56,397 nt of DNA from Thermoanaerobaculia bacterium (lineage in GTDB: Bacteria > Acidobacteriota > Thermoanaerobaculia > UBA5066), in NCBI GenBank assembly GCA_038319835.1, contig JBBQDQ010000005.1, positions 1 to 56,397 of the forward strand. The letters run 5' to 3'. The notes under the pieces were generated by a model. The model did not search any database. It was not told the DNA's origin and saw only the letters and a program-made list of their open reading frames with translations. A program made the translations under genes and the position numbers. This document shows positions 36,774 through 46,380 of this stretch, one piece after another. Numbering within the stretch: position 1 is the first letter of the stretch; every line of letters starts with the position of its first letter.

Positions 36774-38326
36774 TTCTTGTCTCCCGGCGCCGCCTTCGGG
36801 ACGGGCTGCATCGTGAACGGGTCGCGGAGCGGGAGCTCGACGAGCTTGCCGCCCGTGAGGTCCGCGAACGCGACGGGGTGTTTCGGGTCGGGGTTCAGGA
36901 GCTCGGATTTGCGGCCGACGACGAGGATCGTCGCGGACTCGGGCTTGAGCAGGCGTTTGGCGACGCGGGAGACGTCGGCCTTCGTGACCTTCTCGACCTT
37001 CGTCTGGTACGCCGCGTAGTAGCCCGGGTCGGAGGCGTACCGGCCCGTGAACTCTTCGTCCGCGAGGCCGTCCACGACCTGGACGGGCGTCGCGAAACGG
37101 CGGGGGAGCGTATCGACGAACGAGCGCTTCGCCGTCTCGAGCTCCTCGCCGGTGACCTCGCCGTCGCGCAGCTTTTTCATCTCCTCGAGGACGATCTGCG
37201 AGGCGTAGGCGGACGTCCGCACCTTCGACTGGAAGGCGGCGCCGAAGCGCCCCGGGTACCAGACTCCGCCCAGGAGGACGGAGCCGGCCGAGTATGCGAG
37301 CCCCTCGTCGGAGCGGACGCGGTTCGTGATGCGGCTCGTGAAGCCGCCGCCGCCGAGGACGTCGTTCATCACGGAGGCGGGGATGAAGTCGGGGTCCGTG
37401 CGCTGGAGGCCGGGAAGGAGGATCGAGACGCGCCCCTGGTTCACGTCCTTGTCGACGAGGAACGTGCCGGGTGAAAGCGCATGCGCCGGCTTCGGGACGG
37501 GCGGCGCGGCCTCACCCTTGAACGGCCAGTTCGCGAGGAGCGCGTCGAGCTTCGCGGCCATCTCGGCCTTCTTGAAGTCGCCCGCGGCCGACACGATCAT
37601 GTTGCGGGGCGCGATCCAGCGCGCGTGGAACGCGGCGAGGTCGGCCTGCGTGAGGGACTCGACGGACGCCTTCGTCTCCCAGCGGTTCGTGTAGAAGTCC
37701 GCGCCGTTGAGGAGGACGCCCCTCTCGCGCGTCTCGATCGCCGCGGAGGAGTCGTTGCGCTGCTTCATCTCGGCGACGAGCTGCTCCTTGCGGAGCTTCA
37801 GGCGGTCGTCCTGGAAGGCGGGTTCGGTGAGCACTTCGCGCAGGATCGCGAGGCCCTCGTCGAGATCCTTCGCGAGGAGGTTCAGAGACACGACGCCGCG
37901 GTCGTCGAAGTATCCGGAAGCCCGCGGCCCGCCGGGACGGCCGCCCGCCTGCTCGGGATTGAGCTGGGCGGCGAGGAATGCGAGGCGCTCCTCGAGCTCG
38001 TCGGCCTTGCGCTTCTTCGTGCCGCCGCGCGCGAGCAGCCAGCCCGTCGTCTCGGCGAGCCCCTCCTTGCCGGGCGGGCTCAGGTACGTGCCGCCCCGGA
38101 GCAGGATCTGGACGTTCACGAGCGGAAGGTCGTGGTTCTCGGCGAGGTACGCCACGACGCCGGATTTTCTGAGGACGACGCGGTAGTCCTTCGCGGAGGG
38201 TGGCGCCCACGCGAAGGGCTTTGCAGGAATCTGCTCCGGCCGCGCGGGGATCGCGTCTGCGGCGGCGACTGCGCCGGTCAGGACGAGGGCGGACGCGAGA
38301 GCGGCCGTCTTGAGGATGTTCTTCAT
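36770..38326 (-). CDS. M16 peptidase, non-catalytic subunit
   Basis: HDLPLV, LGGGGFTSR, VRSDEGLAY; no HXXEH motif; signal peptide. Confidence 0.88.
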   Translation of the reverse strand: MKNILKTAALASALVLTGAVAAADAIPARPEQIPAKPFAWAPPSAKDYRVVLRKSGVVAYLAENHDLPLVNVQILLRGGTYLSPPGKEGLAETTGWLLARGGTKKRKADELEERLAFLAAQLNPEQAGGRPGGPRASGYFDDRGVVSLNLLAKDLDEGLAILREVLTEPAFQDDRLKLRKEQLVAEMKQRNDSSAAIETRERGVLLNGADFYTNRWETKASVESLTQADLAAFHARWIAPRNMIVSAAGDFKKAEMAAKLDALLANWPFKGEAAPPVPKPAHALSPGTFLVDKDVNQGRVSILLPGLQRTDPDFIPASVMNDVLGGGGFTSRITNRVRSDEGLAYSAGSVLLGGVWYPGRFGAAFQSKVRTSAYASQIVLEEMKKLRDGEVTGEELETAKRSFVDTLPRRFATPVQVVDGLADEEFTGRYASDPGYYAAYQTKVEKVTKADVSRVAKRLLKPESATILVVGRKSELLNPDPKHPVAFADLTGGKLVELPLRDPFTMQPVPKAAPGDKK

Positions 38327-39897
38327 GGCACCTTCGCCTCCGGGGCCCCAGAAACGGCTCTTGGCATCTCGCGCCGGCGTGGCGCGGCGCCGCCCTTGCG
38401 GGTGTACGTCGCGACGCCGCGGTTCTCCTTCGTGAGGTACGTCTGCGCCACGCGCCGGACGTCCTCGGCAGTGACGGCCTGGATCCGCTTCGGACCGTCG
38501 CGGAACTCCTTCCAGTCGCCGCGCCCGTCGTTGCCGAGCAGCTGGTAGAGGACGCCCATGTTCGTCTGCATCGAGCGGAACGCCTGCGCCGCGGAGTTGT
38601 TCTTGACCTTCTGGAGCTCGTCAGCCGGCACGAGGTCCTTCTTCAGCTTCTCGATCTCCGCGTAGACGGCGCGTTCGGTCTCGTCGGGCGCGCGCCCGTC
38701 CTTGACCTGGGCTTCGACGCCGAACTCGCCCGCGTACTTGCGCGCGGACGAGCTGGCCTGGGCGCTCGTCGCGACCGGATTCTCGCCGGCCACGAGGGTC
38801 TTGTAGAGGCGGCCCGTGCGCCCGTTCAGGATCTGTGCGAGGACCTGCAGCGCATACGAGTCCTTGTGCTGGAAGGGCACCGCGTGCCAGTCGATCTCGA
38901 CGCGCGGGTTCGTGTCGGCCTCGCCGTTCAGGCGCATCTCGGCCTCCCACTTCGGGGGGAGGATCGTCATCTCGGGCGGCGGGTTCTTCCCGCGCGGGAT
39001 GCGCCCGAAGTACTTCGCCGCGAGCCCGAGAGCCTCCTTCGGATCGAAGTCCCCGACGAGGACCGCCGTGATGTTGTTCGGCGCGTAAAAAAGCGCGTAG
39101 TACTCGTCCGCCTGCGCCTTCGTGATCGCCGGGATGTCCGACGCGTAGCCGACGACGGGCCACGTGTACGGGTGGCCGTGCCAGAACATCTCCTCGAAGG
39201 CCTCGTCGAGGCGCCCGGTCGGCGTCGACTCGGTCCTCAGGCGGCGTTCCTCGAAGACGACGTCGCGCTCGGAGTAGAACTCGCGGAAGACGGGCGCTCT
39301 CAGCCGGTCCGACTCCATCCAGAACCACAGCTCGAGCCGGTTCTTCGGCACGACGACGAAGTACTGGGTGAGGTCCGTGTTCGTCGAGGCGTTCATGCCC
39401 GACGCACCGGCCTTCGTGTAGATCCGGTCGAACTCGTTCTTCACGAGGAGGCCGCGCTGCTCTTTCACGAGCGCGTCGAACTCCTTGTCGAGCTCCCTGT
39501 ACCGGGCCGTCTTGCTCTCGGGCTTCGTGACGTCGTCGATCTCGCCCCGGCGCCAGGCGGCGCGCAGGACGGCGTCCTCGTCGCGCATGAGGGCGCGCAC
39601 GCGCTCCTGCTCGGCGATGAGGACCGCGTCCCGGGCGGGATCCTTCGAGCCGACCGTCTGCGTGCCCTTGAACATCATGTGCTCGAAGAGGTGGCTGATC
39701 CCCGTGATGCCGGGGCGCTCGTTCGCGCTCCCGACGTGGGCGACCCAGCCGGCGGCGATCGTCGGCTCGTCGGTGCGGGGGACGAGGAGGAGCTTCATCC
39801 CGTTCGGCAGGACGTGCTCCTCGACCTTCAGCTCCTGCGCGCGCGCGGGCAACGCGAGGGCGGCGAGCGCCGCCGCGAGAATGATTCTGTTTCGCAT
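38323..39897 (-). CDS. M16 zinc peptidase, catalytic subunit
   Basis: GISHLFEHMMFKGT (HXXEH), NAST, EERR, YAPNN; signal peptide from ATG 39897. Confidence 0.9.
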   Translation of the reverse strand: MRNRIILAAALAALALPARAQELKVEEHVLPNGMKLLLVPRTDEPTIAAGWVAHVGSANERPGITGISHLFEHMMFKGTQTVGSKDPARDAVLIAEQERVRALMRDEDAVLRAAWRRGEIDDVTKPESKTARYRELDKEFDALVKEQRGLLVKNEFDRIYTKAGASGMNASTNTDLTQYFVVVPKNRLELWFWMESDRLRAPVFREFYSERDVVFEERRLRTESTPTGRLDEAFEEMFWHGHPYTWPVVGYASDIPAITKAQADEYYALFYAPNNITAVLVGDFDPKEALGLAAKYFGRIPRGKNPPPEMTILPPKWEAEMRLNGEADTNPRVEIDWHAVPFQHKDSYALQVLAQILNGRTGRLYKTLVAGENPVATSAQASSSARKYAGEFGVEAQVKDGRAPDETERAVYAEIEKLKKDLVPADELQKVKNNSAAQAFRSMQTNMGVLYQLLGNDGRGDWKEFRDGPKRIQAVTAEDVRRVAQTYLTKENRGVATYTRKGGAAPRRREMPRAVSGAPEAKVP

Positions 39898-39968
39898 GAA
39901 ATCTCCTGTGGACACGGCGTGAAAGGCGATCCTACGCCCGTCCCCGGCCGCTGAAGATCGATCGCAGC

Positions 39969-41168
39969 TCAGCGGCGCGTGGGATCCCGGCGCCAGACGG
40001 TCCGGCCCTTGCGGACCTCCTCGACGACCTCGAGCTTTCGGGCGGAAGCGTCGGAGGCGGACGGGTCGCGCGAGAGGACGGACATGTCGGCGGGCCTGCC
40101 GGTCTCGAGGACCGCGCGCCCGGCCAGGACGTCCGCGACGAGAGCGGTGAGGGCTTCGGAGCCTGCGTCGCGAGGGGCCGCCGGGAGAGGGGTCGGGACG
40201 GAGGCGACGGCAGGCGCGGGCGCGGGGGCGGGAGTGGGTGCGAGCGGAGGCGTCGCGACCGCCACGGCCGCAACGGGCCGCGCGGATTCGGGCTCCTCCG
40301 GGGTGTTCAGCCGGACGCTCTGCTCGTGGAGCCGCGCGCGCTCCTTCTCGTCGAGGCGCGGGACGAGCTTCGCGAACGCGGCAGCGTGAGCCGTGCCCTC
40401 GAGGACGCCGTTCGGCTCGTGGATGCGTCCGCGGCGCCGGATCGTCCCGCCGGGCGGGTCCTTCGTGCGCCACGAGATCCCGGCCTTCTGGAGGGCGATC
40501 GTGTTGTAGGCGCCCGCGTCGCCCGTCTTCGAGACGACGATGACGGGCAGCGTGGCGGAGACCGTGTCGAGCTCCTCGCGCGTCGGCGGGCGCTTCTCCT
40601 CCAGCTTCGACTCGTCGTAGCCGAAGCCGACGACGACGCGGTGCCGCCTCGGGAGATTCGAGCGGAGGACCCAGATCCGGAGCGCGTCCCGCACGGACGT
40701 GATCGTGTACGGGAGGCCGGCGGGCGGCGGCGAGACGTCCGCGGCCAGCGCCTCGAGGGGCGGCGCGGGCGGGCGCGGGGCGGGCGGCGGGGTCGGGGTC
40801 TTCCCCGGGGCGGGAGCCGGCGCCGCCCGGGCCTCTCCGGGCTGCTTCTCGATTCGGAAGGCCCTTGCCGTCTTCGGCGCGGGCGTCGTCACGGGTCCGG
40901 GCGGCGAGGCGACGAGGCCCGCGACGAGCGCCTGCCCGTTGAGGTCGATCGGGAGCGTGCCCTTGCCCTTCCACTTCTTCTCGATGTCGGACCGCGTCCC
41001 GAGAGCGACGACCTTCCCGTCCTTCACCGCGAGGGCCTCGGGCCGCGCGCCGGCGCCCGCGAAGATCGGGCCGCCGTACCAAACGAAGTCCGCGTTCTGC
41101 GCCCGGGCGGGCGCCGCGAGCGTGGCGGCGAGGACGGTGAGGATCGCGAGGGCTCGGGGGCGCGGCAT
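39969..41168 (-). CDS. Secreted, internally deleted amidohydrolase-3 (YtcJ-like) derivative with Pro-rich inserts
   Basis: EALAVKDGKVVALG...IDLNG, PTREELD, NTIAL...DPPGG...PNGVL, GRPADMSVLSRDP; metal-binding His motifs absent. Confidence 0.7.
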   Translation of the reverse strand: MPRPRALAILTVLAATLAAPARAQNADFVWYGGPIFAGAGARPEALAVKDGKVVALGTRSDIEKKWKGKGTLPIDLNGQALVAGLVASPPGPVTTPAPKTARAFRIEKQPGEARAAPAPAPGKTPTPPPAPRPPAPPLEALAADVSPPPAGLPYTITSVRDALRIWVLRSNLPRRHRVVVGFGYDESKLEEKRPPTREELDTVSATLPVIVVSKTGDAGAYNTIALQKAGISWRTKDPPGGTIRRRGRIHEPNGVLEGTAHAAAFAKLVPRLDEKERARLHEQSVRLNTPEEPESARPVAAVAVATPPLAPTPAPAPAPAVASVPTPLPAAPRDAGSEALTALVADVLAGRAVLETGRPADMSVLSRDPSASDASARKLEVVEEVRKGRTVWRRDPTRR

Positions 41169-41248
41169 GCGAGCGCCGATGGTAACGCCGGCGGCAAGAG
41201 GGGCTTTCCGCGGCCGGATTCGCCGGCCGGTGAGAGAATTGAATACAA

Positions 41249-43501
41249 GTGACATTGTTCCGCTCGGGCGAAGAGCTGTCCTTGCCCGACCTGGCGCGCG
41301 CGCAAGGACTGACCTCGGACACGTTCACGGTCGTCGACGTCATCCGCGGCGGGATGGGCGTGTGCGCGAAGGTGCGGCAGGGGCAGGGCCCCGCCTTCGC
41401 CGTCAAGGCGCTGCCGGCGGGCGGCAAGCAGGGTGAGGCGTTCGAGCGCTTCCTCGTCGAGCTGCAGACGTGGCTGAAGCTGTCCGTCTGCGATGGCATC
41501 GTCGAGGCGCTCTGCGTCTTCACGTACAAGGACACACCGGTCGTCTGCTCGCGCTGGATGGCCGGAGGCAACCTCCGGCCGCACATGACCGACAAGGACC
41601 CGGAGCTCTTCTACCGGACGATCGTCCGCATCGCGGGCGCCCTCGACTGGGCCCAGCGCGAGCACGGGATCCTCCACCTCGATCTCAAGCCCGAAAACCT
41701 CCTGATCGACGACCTCAACCGCGCGGCCGTGTCGGACTGGGGAATCGCGGGGTCGCGCGACGACGCGGACTCCGGCGGTACGGACGGCACGATGGTGATC
41801 TACGGGACCGCGGCCTACGCCTCGCCGGAACAGCTCCTCGGGGGAGTCCCCCTCGACGTGCGGTCGGACATCTACAGCCTCGCGTGCCTGATGTACGAAT
41901 GGGAGACCGGGCGCGTGCCCTTCACGGGCGACTGGCACGAGATCCGGGGGGCGAAGATCCGCACCGAAGCGCCCCGCCTCGCGTCGGGGATGTTCCGGCG
42001 CTCCACGTTCGGGGCCGATGACATCATCATGCGCGGCCTCGAGCGCGAGCGGCACGGCCGCTACCCGGACTGGAAGTCCTTCACCACCGACGTCCTCAAT
42101 GCGTCGCAGCGGCGCGAGCTGAAGATCGGGCGATTCATCCCGAAGATGCGTTACCAGGCCTCCGAGGTGCGCGGTGAGGTCCTGCGCGCCAGGGTCGCAA
42201 CCGGAGCGGTCGTAACGGGCCGGGGCGGGCCCGCCGTCGACGTCCGCGGTGCAAAGAGAGAGCTCGACGAGGCGATCCGCCTCGCGGAGAAGGAAGACTG
42301 GGCCGGCGCGGTCGCGGTCCTCTCCCGCGTCGTCCTCCCGTCGGTCGTGCGCGAGCTTCCGGACGACCCGCTGCAGCAGACGTCCGCGATCACCCTCGCG
42401 CGCGGCCTCCTGAAGCTCGACCGGCCGGCGGAGGCCGTCGCCGCTCTCGACGCCCTCTCGGCGGCGACGGACAAGCCGTCGGACATGTTCGCGCTCCTCG
42501 CGGACGCGCACCTCAGGCTCGGCAACGCGAGCCTCGCCGAGCGCGCGGCGCGCACGGGCCTCCTCCTCCACAAGACCGACGCGGGGCTTCTCGACCTTCT
42601 CCTCGCCGCGCAGGGCGCCCAGGGCCTCTCTTCAGATGCGGTCGCGACCGCGCGCCAGCGCATCGCCGGCCGCCGCGACGCCGGAACGCTCGTTGACGCC
42701 GCCGAGCAGCTCCTCCGCCACGCCGCGACCGTCCCGGAAGGCCGGCTGCCGGAGCACTTCACGGACGTGCACGAGGCGCTCGCGCTGGCGACCGAAGCCC
42801 GGGGCCTCGCGCCGAAAGACGCCCGCGCGCGCGTCCTGACGGCGCGCGCCCTCCAGGCGCTGGAACGCTGGGCCGACGCGAAGGCGGAGCTCGGCGGTCT
42901 TTCGGACGCCGGCGGGCCCGGGCTGAAGCGCGAGGCCGCCGAGGCCGGGGCGCGGTGCCTGCTCCGGCTGACGGAGTACGCGAGCTGCCTCGCCCTCTGC
43001 AACAAGGCGCTCGCAGCTTTTCCGGAGAGCGCGAGCCTCGCGCGGACGCGCGCGCTCGCGTTCGCGGAGGGCTTCGTCCTCGGAGTCGAGACCGGCGGTC
43101 GCCGCGTCGTCGACGACGCGACGATGGGCTTCTTCGCGAGGGCGGTCGCGGACCCGGCCGTGTGCGAGCCGGGGGATTTCGTGACGCTCGCGCGCTACCG
43201 CGAGTGGACGGGGCGCGCCGAAGAGGCCGTCTCCGTCCTGAGGGAGGGGAAGGCTGTCTTCCCGAAGTCGTGGGAGATCGGCGTCGCGCTCGCGCGCCTC
43301 CTCGAGCGCCGCGGCGAGTTCGAGGACTCACTCGAGGTCGCGCTGGAAACCACGCGGGCCGCGCCGTTTCGGCCGGAAGCCTGGCGCGCCCTCGCGGCGG
43401 TGAAGGGCGTCCTCGGGCCGAAGGCCGAGGCCGACGAGGCGCGGCAGAAGGGCGCGCAGGCCGAGAAGCGCCTCCGGGCGCTGCGCACGAAGCCCGGCTG
43501 A
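41249..43501 (+). CDS. Cytoplasmic Hanks-type Ser/Thr kinase with TPR repeats
   Basis: GGMG, AVK, HLDLKPENLL, DWG, GTAAYASPEQ, SDIYS; TPR-like C-terminus; no transmembrane helix. Confidence 0.88.
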   Translation: MTLFRSGEELSLPDLARAQGLTSDTFTVVDVIRGGMGVCAKVRQGQGPAFAVKALPAGGKQGEAFERFLVELQTWLKLSVCDGIVEALCVFTYKDTPVVCSRWMAGGNLRPHMTDKDPELFYRTIVRIAGALDWAQREHGILHLDLKPENLLIDDLNRAAVSDWGIAGSRDDADSGGTDGTMVIYGTAAYASPEQLLGGVPLDVRSDIYSLACLMYEWETGRVPFTGDWHEIRGAKIRTEAPRLASGMFRRSTFGADDIIMRGLERERHGRYPDWKSFTTDVLNASQRRELKIGRFIPKMRYQASEVRGEVLRARVATGAVVTGRGGPAVDVRGAKRELDEAIRLAEKEDWAGAVAVLSRVVLPSVVRELPDDPLQQTSAITLARGLLKLDRPAEAVAALDALSAATDKPSDMFALLADAHLRLGNASLAERAARTGLLLHKTDAGLLDLLLAAQGAQGLSSDAVATARQRIAGRRDAGTLVDAAEQLLRHAATVPEGRLPEHFTDVHEALALATEARGLAPKDARARVLTARALQALERWADAKAELGGLSDAGGPGLKREAAEAGARCLLRLTEYASCLALCNKALAAFPESASLARTRALAFAEGFVLGVETGGRRVVDDATMGFFARAVADPAVCEPGDFVTLARYREWTGRAEEAVSVLREGKAVFPKSWEIGVALARLLERRGEFEDSLEVALETTRAAPFRPEAWRALAAVKGVLGPKAEADEARQKGAQAEKRLRALRTKPG

Positions 43502-43509
43502 CGGCCCGG

Positions 43510-44214
43510 TCAGATGAACCGGCGGACGTGCTCTTTCCAGAACGGCCAGTCGTGCCCGAAGACCCCGGGCCAGAACTCGGCCTGGACGCGCTGGCCCTGG
43601 CGGGCGAGGAGGTCGGCGAACGCGTGGTTCTGGGCGACGAGGGAGTCCTTCTCGCCCGTCGCGACGACCCACTCCACCTGCCGGAGCTTGTCGAGCCAGG
43701 CGCCGTCCATGTCCGCGATGTACGCCTGCGGCGTGTGGTAGTAGCAGAGCTCGTCCCAATAGCCGTCCAGGAACTGGCCCACGTCGTACAGACCCGAGAA
43801 GCAGATCGCCTTCGTGACGCGCCCCGGGTACCGTCCCGCGAGGTTCGCCGCGTGATACGCGCCGAAGCTGGCGCCGAGCGTCACGACGTTGCCTCCCGTC
43901 CGGCTCTCGATGAACGGGAGCATCTCGTCGCGGAGGTAGCGGTCGTAGTCGTCGTGGCGGCGCGCGCGGTCGCGCGGGGGGGCCTTCTTGTTGTACCAGC
44001 TCTCCTCGTCCACGGAATCGACGCAGACGAGCTGGAGGAAACCGGCGTCGACCTTGTCCGCGAGCGCGCCCGTGAGGCCGAAGTCCTCGTTCTGGTAGAA
44101 GCGCCCCATCGACGTCGGGAACATGAGGACCGGGCGGCCGCGGTCACCGAACCAGAGGTACTCCATCGGGCGCGAGAGGGCGGCGCTCCGCCACGAGCCG
44201 TATTCGCGTTTCAT
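43510..44214 (-). CDS. Putative esterase (alpha/beta hydrolase)
   Basis: FPTSMGRFY, GASFGAYHA, SGLYD, GHDWPFW. Confidence 0.85.
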   Translation of the reverse strand: MKREYGSWRSAALSRPMEYLWFGDRGRPVLMFPTSMGRFYQNEDFGLTGALADKVDAGFLQLVCVDSVDEESWYNKKAPPRDRARRHDDYDRYLRDEMLPFIESRTGGNVVTLGASFGAYHAANLAGRYPGRVTKAICFSGLYDVGQFLDGYWDELCYYHTPQAYIADMDGAWLDKLRQVEWVVATGEKDSLVAQNHAFADLLARQGQRVQAEFWPGVFGHDWPFWKEHVRRFI

Positions 44215-44296
44215 GAGCGCGGAGTCTAGCGCGGCCCGATTGCGGTGCCTCGCGCGCCTCCGCTAGGATGCCGCGAGGCAGAGAGAGGGCGACGAC

Positions 44297-45250
44297 ATGA
44301 CGAGGAAGCGGATCGGCGTTCTGTTCGGGATGGAAGACACCTTCCCGTGGGCACTCATGAACGAGATCAACGAGATCGCCGCCCGGAACGGCGACGACAT
44401 CGAGGCGGGGCCCGTCAAGCTCTCGGTCCTCGTCCAGGAGCAGTCCTTCGAGGACGCCGTGATCCTCGACCGGATCAGCCACGAGGTCCCGTTCTACCGC
44501 ACGTTCCTCAAGTGCGCGGTCGCGCGAGGCGCACAGGTCGTGAACAACCCGATCTGGTGGTGCGCCGACGACAAGTACTTCGACAACCTCGTCGCGCTCG
44601 CGGCGGGCGTCGCGGTTCCGAAGACGGTGCTTCTCCCCCACAAGGAGAACCCGCCGAACACCTCGGCGACGTCCTTCCGCAACCTCGACTTCGTGGACTG
44701 GGACCGGGTCTTCGCGTACCTCGGCTTCCCGATCTTCATGAAGCCGGCGAACGGAGGCGGCTGGAAGGACGTGTACAAGTGCGACACGCCCGAGGACTTT
44801 TTCGCGGCCTACGACAAGACGCGCGACCTCGAGATGATGGCGCAGGAAGCGATCGAGTTCACGGACTACTACCGCTGCTACGTCGTGGGCCGTTCGCGCG
44901 TGAAGATCATGCCGTACGCCCCGAAAGAGCCGCACGCCTTCCGGTACTCCGCCGTCGCGGGCAAGCCGGTCCCGGCGGCGATGGCCGAGCGGGTGACGAA
45001 CGACGCGCTCGCGCTCTGCCGCGCCCTCGGGTACGACCTCAACACGGTCGAGTTCGCCGTGCGCGACGGAGTCCCTTACGCGATCGACTTCATGAACTGC
45101 GCCCCGGACGCCGACCGGGCGTCCGTCGGCGAGGAGAACTTCCAGTGGATCGTGAAGGCGATGGCGGAGCTCCTCATCGACCGCGCGAAGAATCCGCGGC
45201 CCTTCGAGGCGACCGGCGCGTGGCCGGACCTCCTCGGCCTTTCGAAGTGA
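44297..45250 (+). CDS. ATP-grasp ligase (RimK/GshB-like)
   Basis: DRISHEV, VVNNP..W.ADDK, FMKPANGGGWK, NTVEFA, IDFMN. Confidence 0.85.
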   Translation: MTRKRIGVLFGMEDTFPWALMNEINEIAARNGDDIEAGPVKLSVLVQEQSFEDAVILDRISHEVPFYRTFLKCAVARGAQVVNNPIWWCADDKYFDNLVALAAGVAVPKTVLLPHKENPPNTSATSFRNLDFVDWDRVFAYLGFPIFMKPANGGGWKDVYKCDTPEDFFAAYDKTRDLEMMAQEAIEFTDYYRCYVVGRSRVKIMPYAPKEPHAFRYSAVAGKPVPAAMAERVTNDALALCRALGYDLNTVEFAVRDGVPYAIDFMNCAPDADRASVGEENFQWIVKAMAELLIDRAKNPRPFEATGAWPDLLGLSK

Positions 45251-45267
45251 GCCGGGCGGCCTGACCC

Positions 45268-46380
45268 GTGGGCGCGTCCCGCCCGTCGTTCACCCTCGGG
45301 ATCGAGGAAGAGTTCCAGATCGTCGATCCGGTGACCCGGGCGCTGAAGGCGCACATCCAGGAGCTCTTCGCGACGGGTGAGTCGCGCCTCAAGGACAAGA
45401 TCAAGCGCGAGTTCCACCAGTCGGTCGTCGAGGTCGGGACGGGGATCTGCCGGAACATCGCCGAGGCTCGCACGGACGTCACCCACCTCAGGAAAGAGCT
45501 GGTCCGCCTCACGGGCGAGAGTGGGCTCGCGATCGGCGCGGCCGGGACGCACCCGTTCACGCACTGGTCGGAGATCCCGGTGACGCCGAGCCCGCGCTAC
45601 GAGCAGATCCTCTACGACCTCGGCCACGTCGCGCGAGGCAACCTCATCTTCGGCCTGCACGTGCACGTCGCCGTCGAGTACGACGAGACGCGGATCGCGC
45701 TCCAGAACGCGGCGCGCTATTTCCTGCCGCACGTCTTTGCGCTCTCGACGAACTCGCCTTTCTGGGGCGGGCGCGACACGGGGTGGAAGAGCTACCGGGC
45801 CAAGGTGTTCGATCGGTTCCCGCGGACGGGTATCCCGGACCAGTTCGACTCGTGGGCCGACTACATGAGCTACGTCGAGACCCTCGTGAAGACGAACTGC
45901 ATCGACAACCCGAAGAAGATCTGGTGGGACGTGCGCCCCCACCCGTTCTTCCCGACGCTCGAGTACCGGATCTGCGACATCCCGATGCGCGTGGACGAGA
46001 CGATCTGCCTCGCCGCCCTCTTCCAGGCGATCACGGTCAAGCTCTGGAAGCTCCACGACCGGAACCTTTCATACCGGCTCTATTCGCGGGCCCTCATCAG
46101 CGAGAACAAGTACCGGGCTGCGCGCTTCGGGATCGACGGGAAGCTCATCGACTTCGGCAAGAAGGAGGAGGTTCCGTTCACGGACCTCCTCGGCGAGCTC
46201 CTCGAGTTCGTGGACGACGTCCTCGACGAGCTCGGTTCGCGGAAGGAAGTCGAGTACGTACACACGATCGTCGCACGCAAGACCGGCGCCGACCGCCAGC
46301 GCGAGGTCTTCGAGCGGACGAAGAGCCTTCCGGCGGTGGTCGACTACATTCTCGAGGAGACGCGCCACGGCCTCGACTGA
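45268..46380 (+). CDS. ybdK: Carboxylate-amine ligase (YbdK/GCS2 family)
   Basis: TLGIEEEFQIVD, GTHPF, FGLHVHV, SPFW, WWDVRP, EYRICD, ENKYRAARFG. Confidence 0.9.
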   Translation: MGASRPSFTLGIEEEFQIVDPVTRALKAHIQELFATGESRLKDKIKREFHQSVVEVGTGICRNIAEARTDVTHLRKELVRLTGESGLAIGAAGTHPFTHWSEIPVTPSPRYEQILYDLGHVARGNLIFGLHVHVAVEYDETRIALQNAARYFLPHVFALSTNSPFWGGRDTGWKSYRAKVFDRFPRTGIPDQFDSWADYMSYVETLVKTNCIDNPKKIWWDVRPHPFFPTLEYRICDIPMRVDETICLAALFQAITVKLWKLHDRNLSYRLYSRALISENKYRAARFGIDGKLIDFGKKEEVPFTDLLGELLEFVDDVLDELGSRKEVEYVHTIVARKTGADRQREVFERTKSLPAVVDYILEETRHGLD

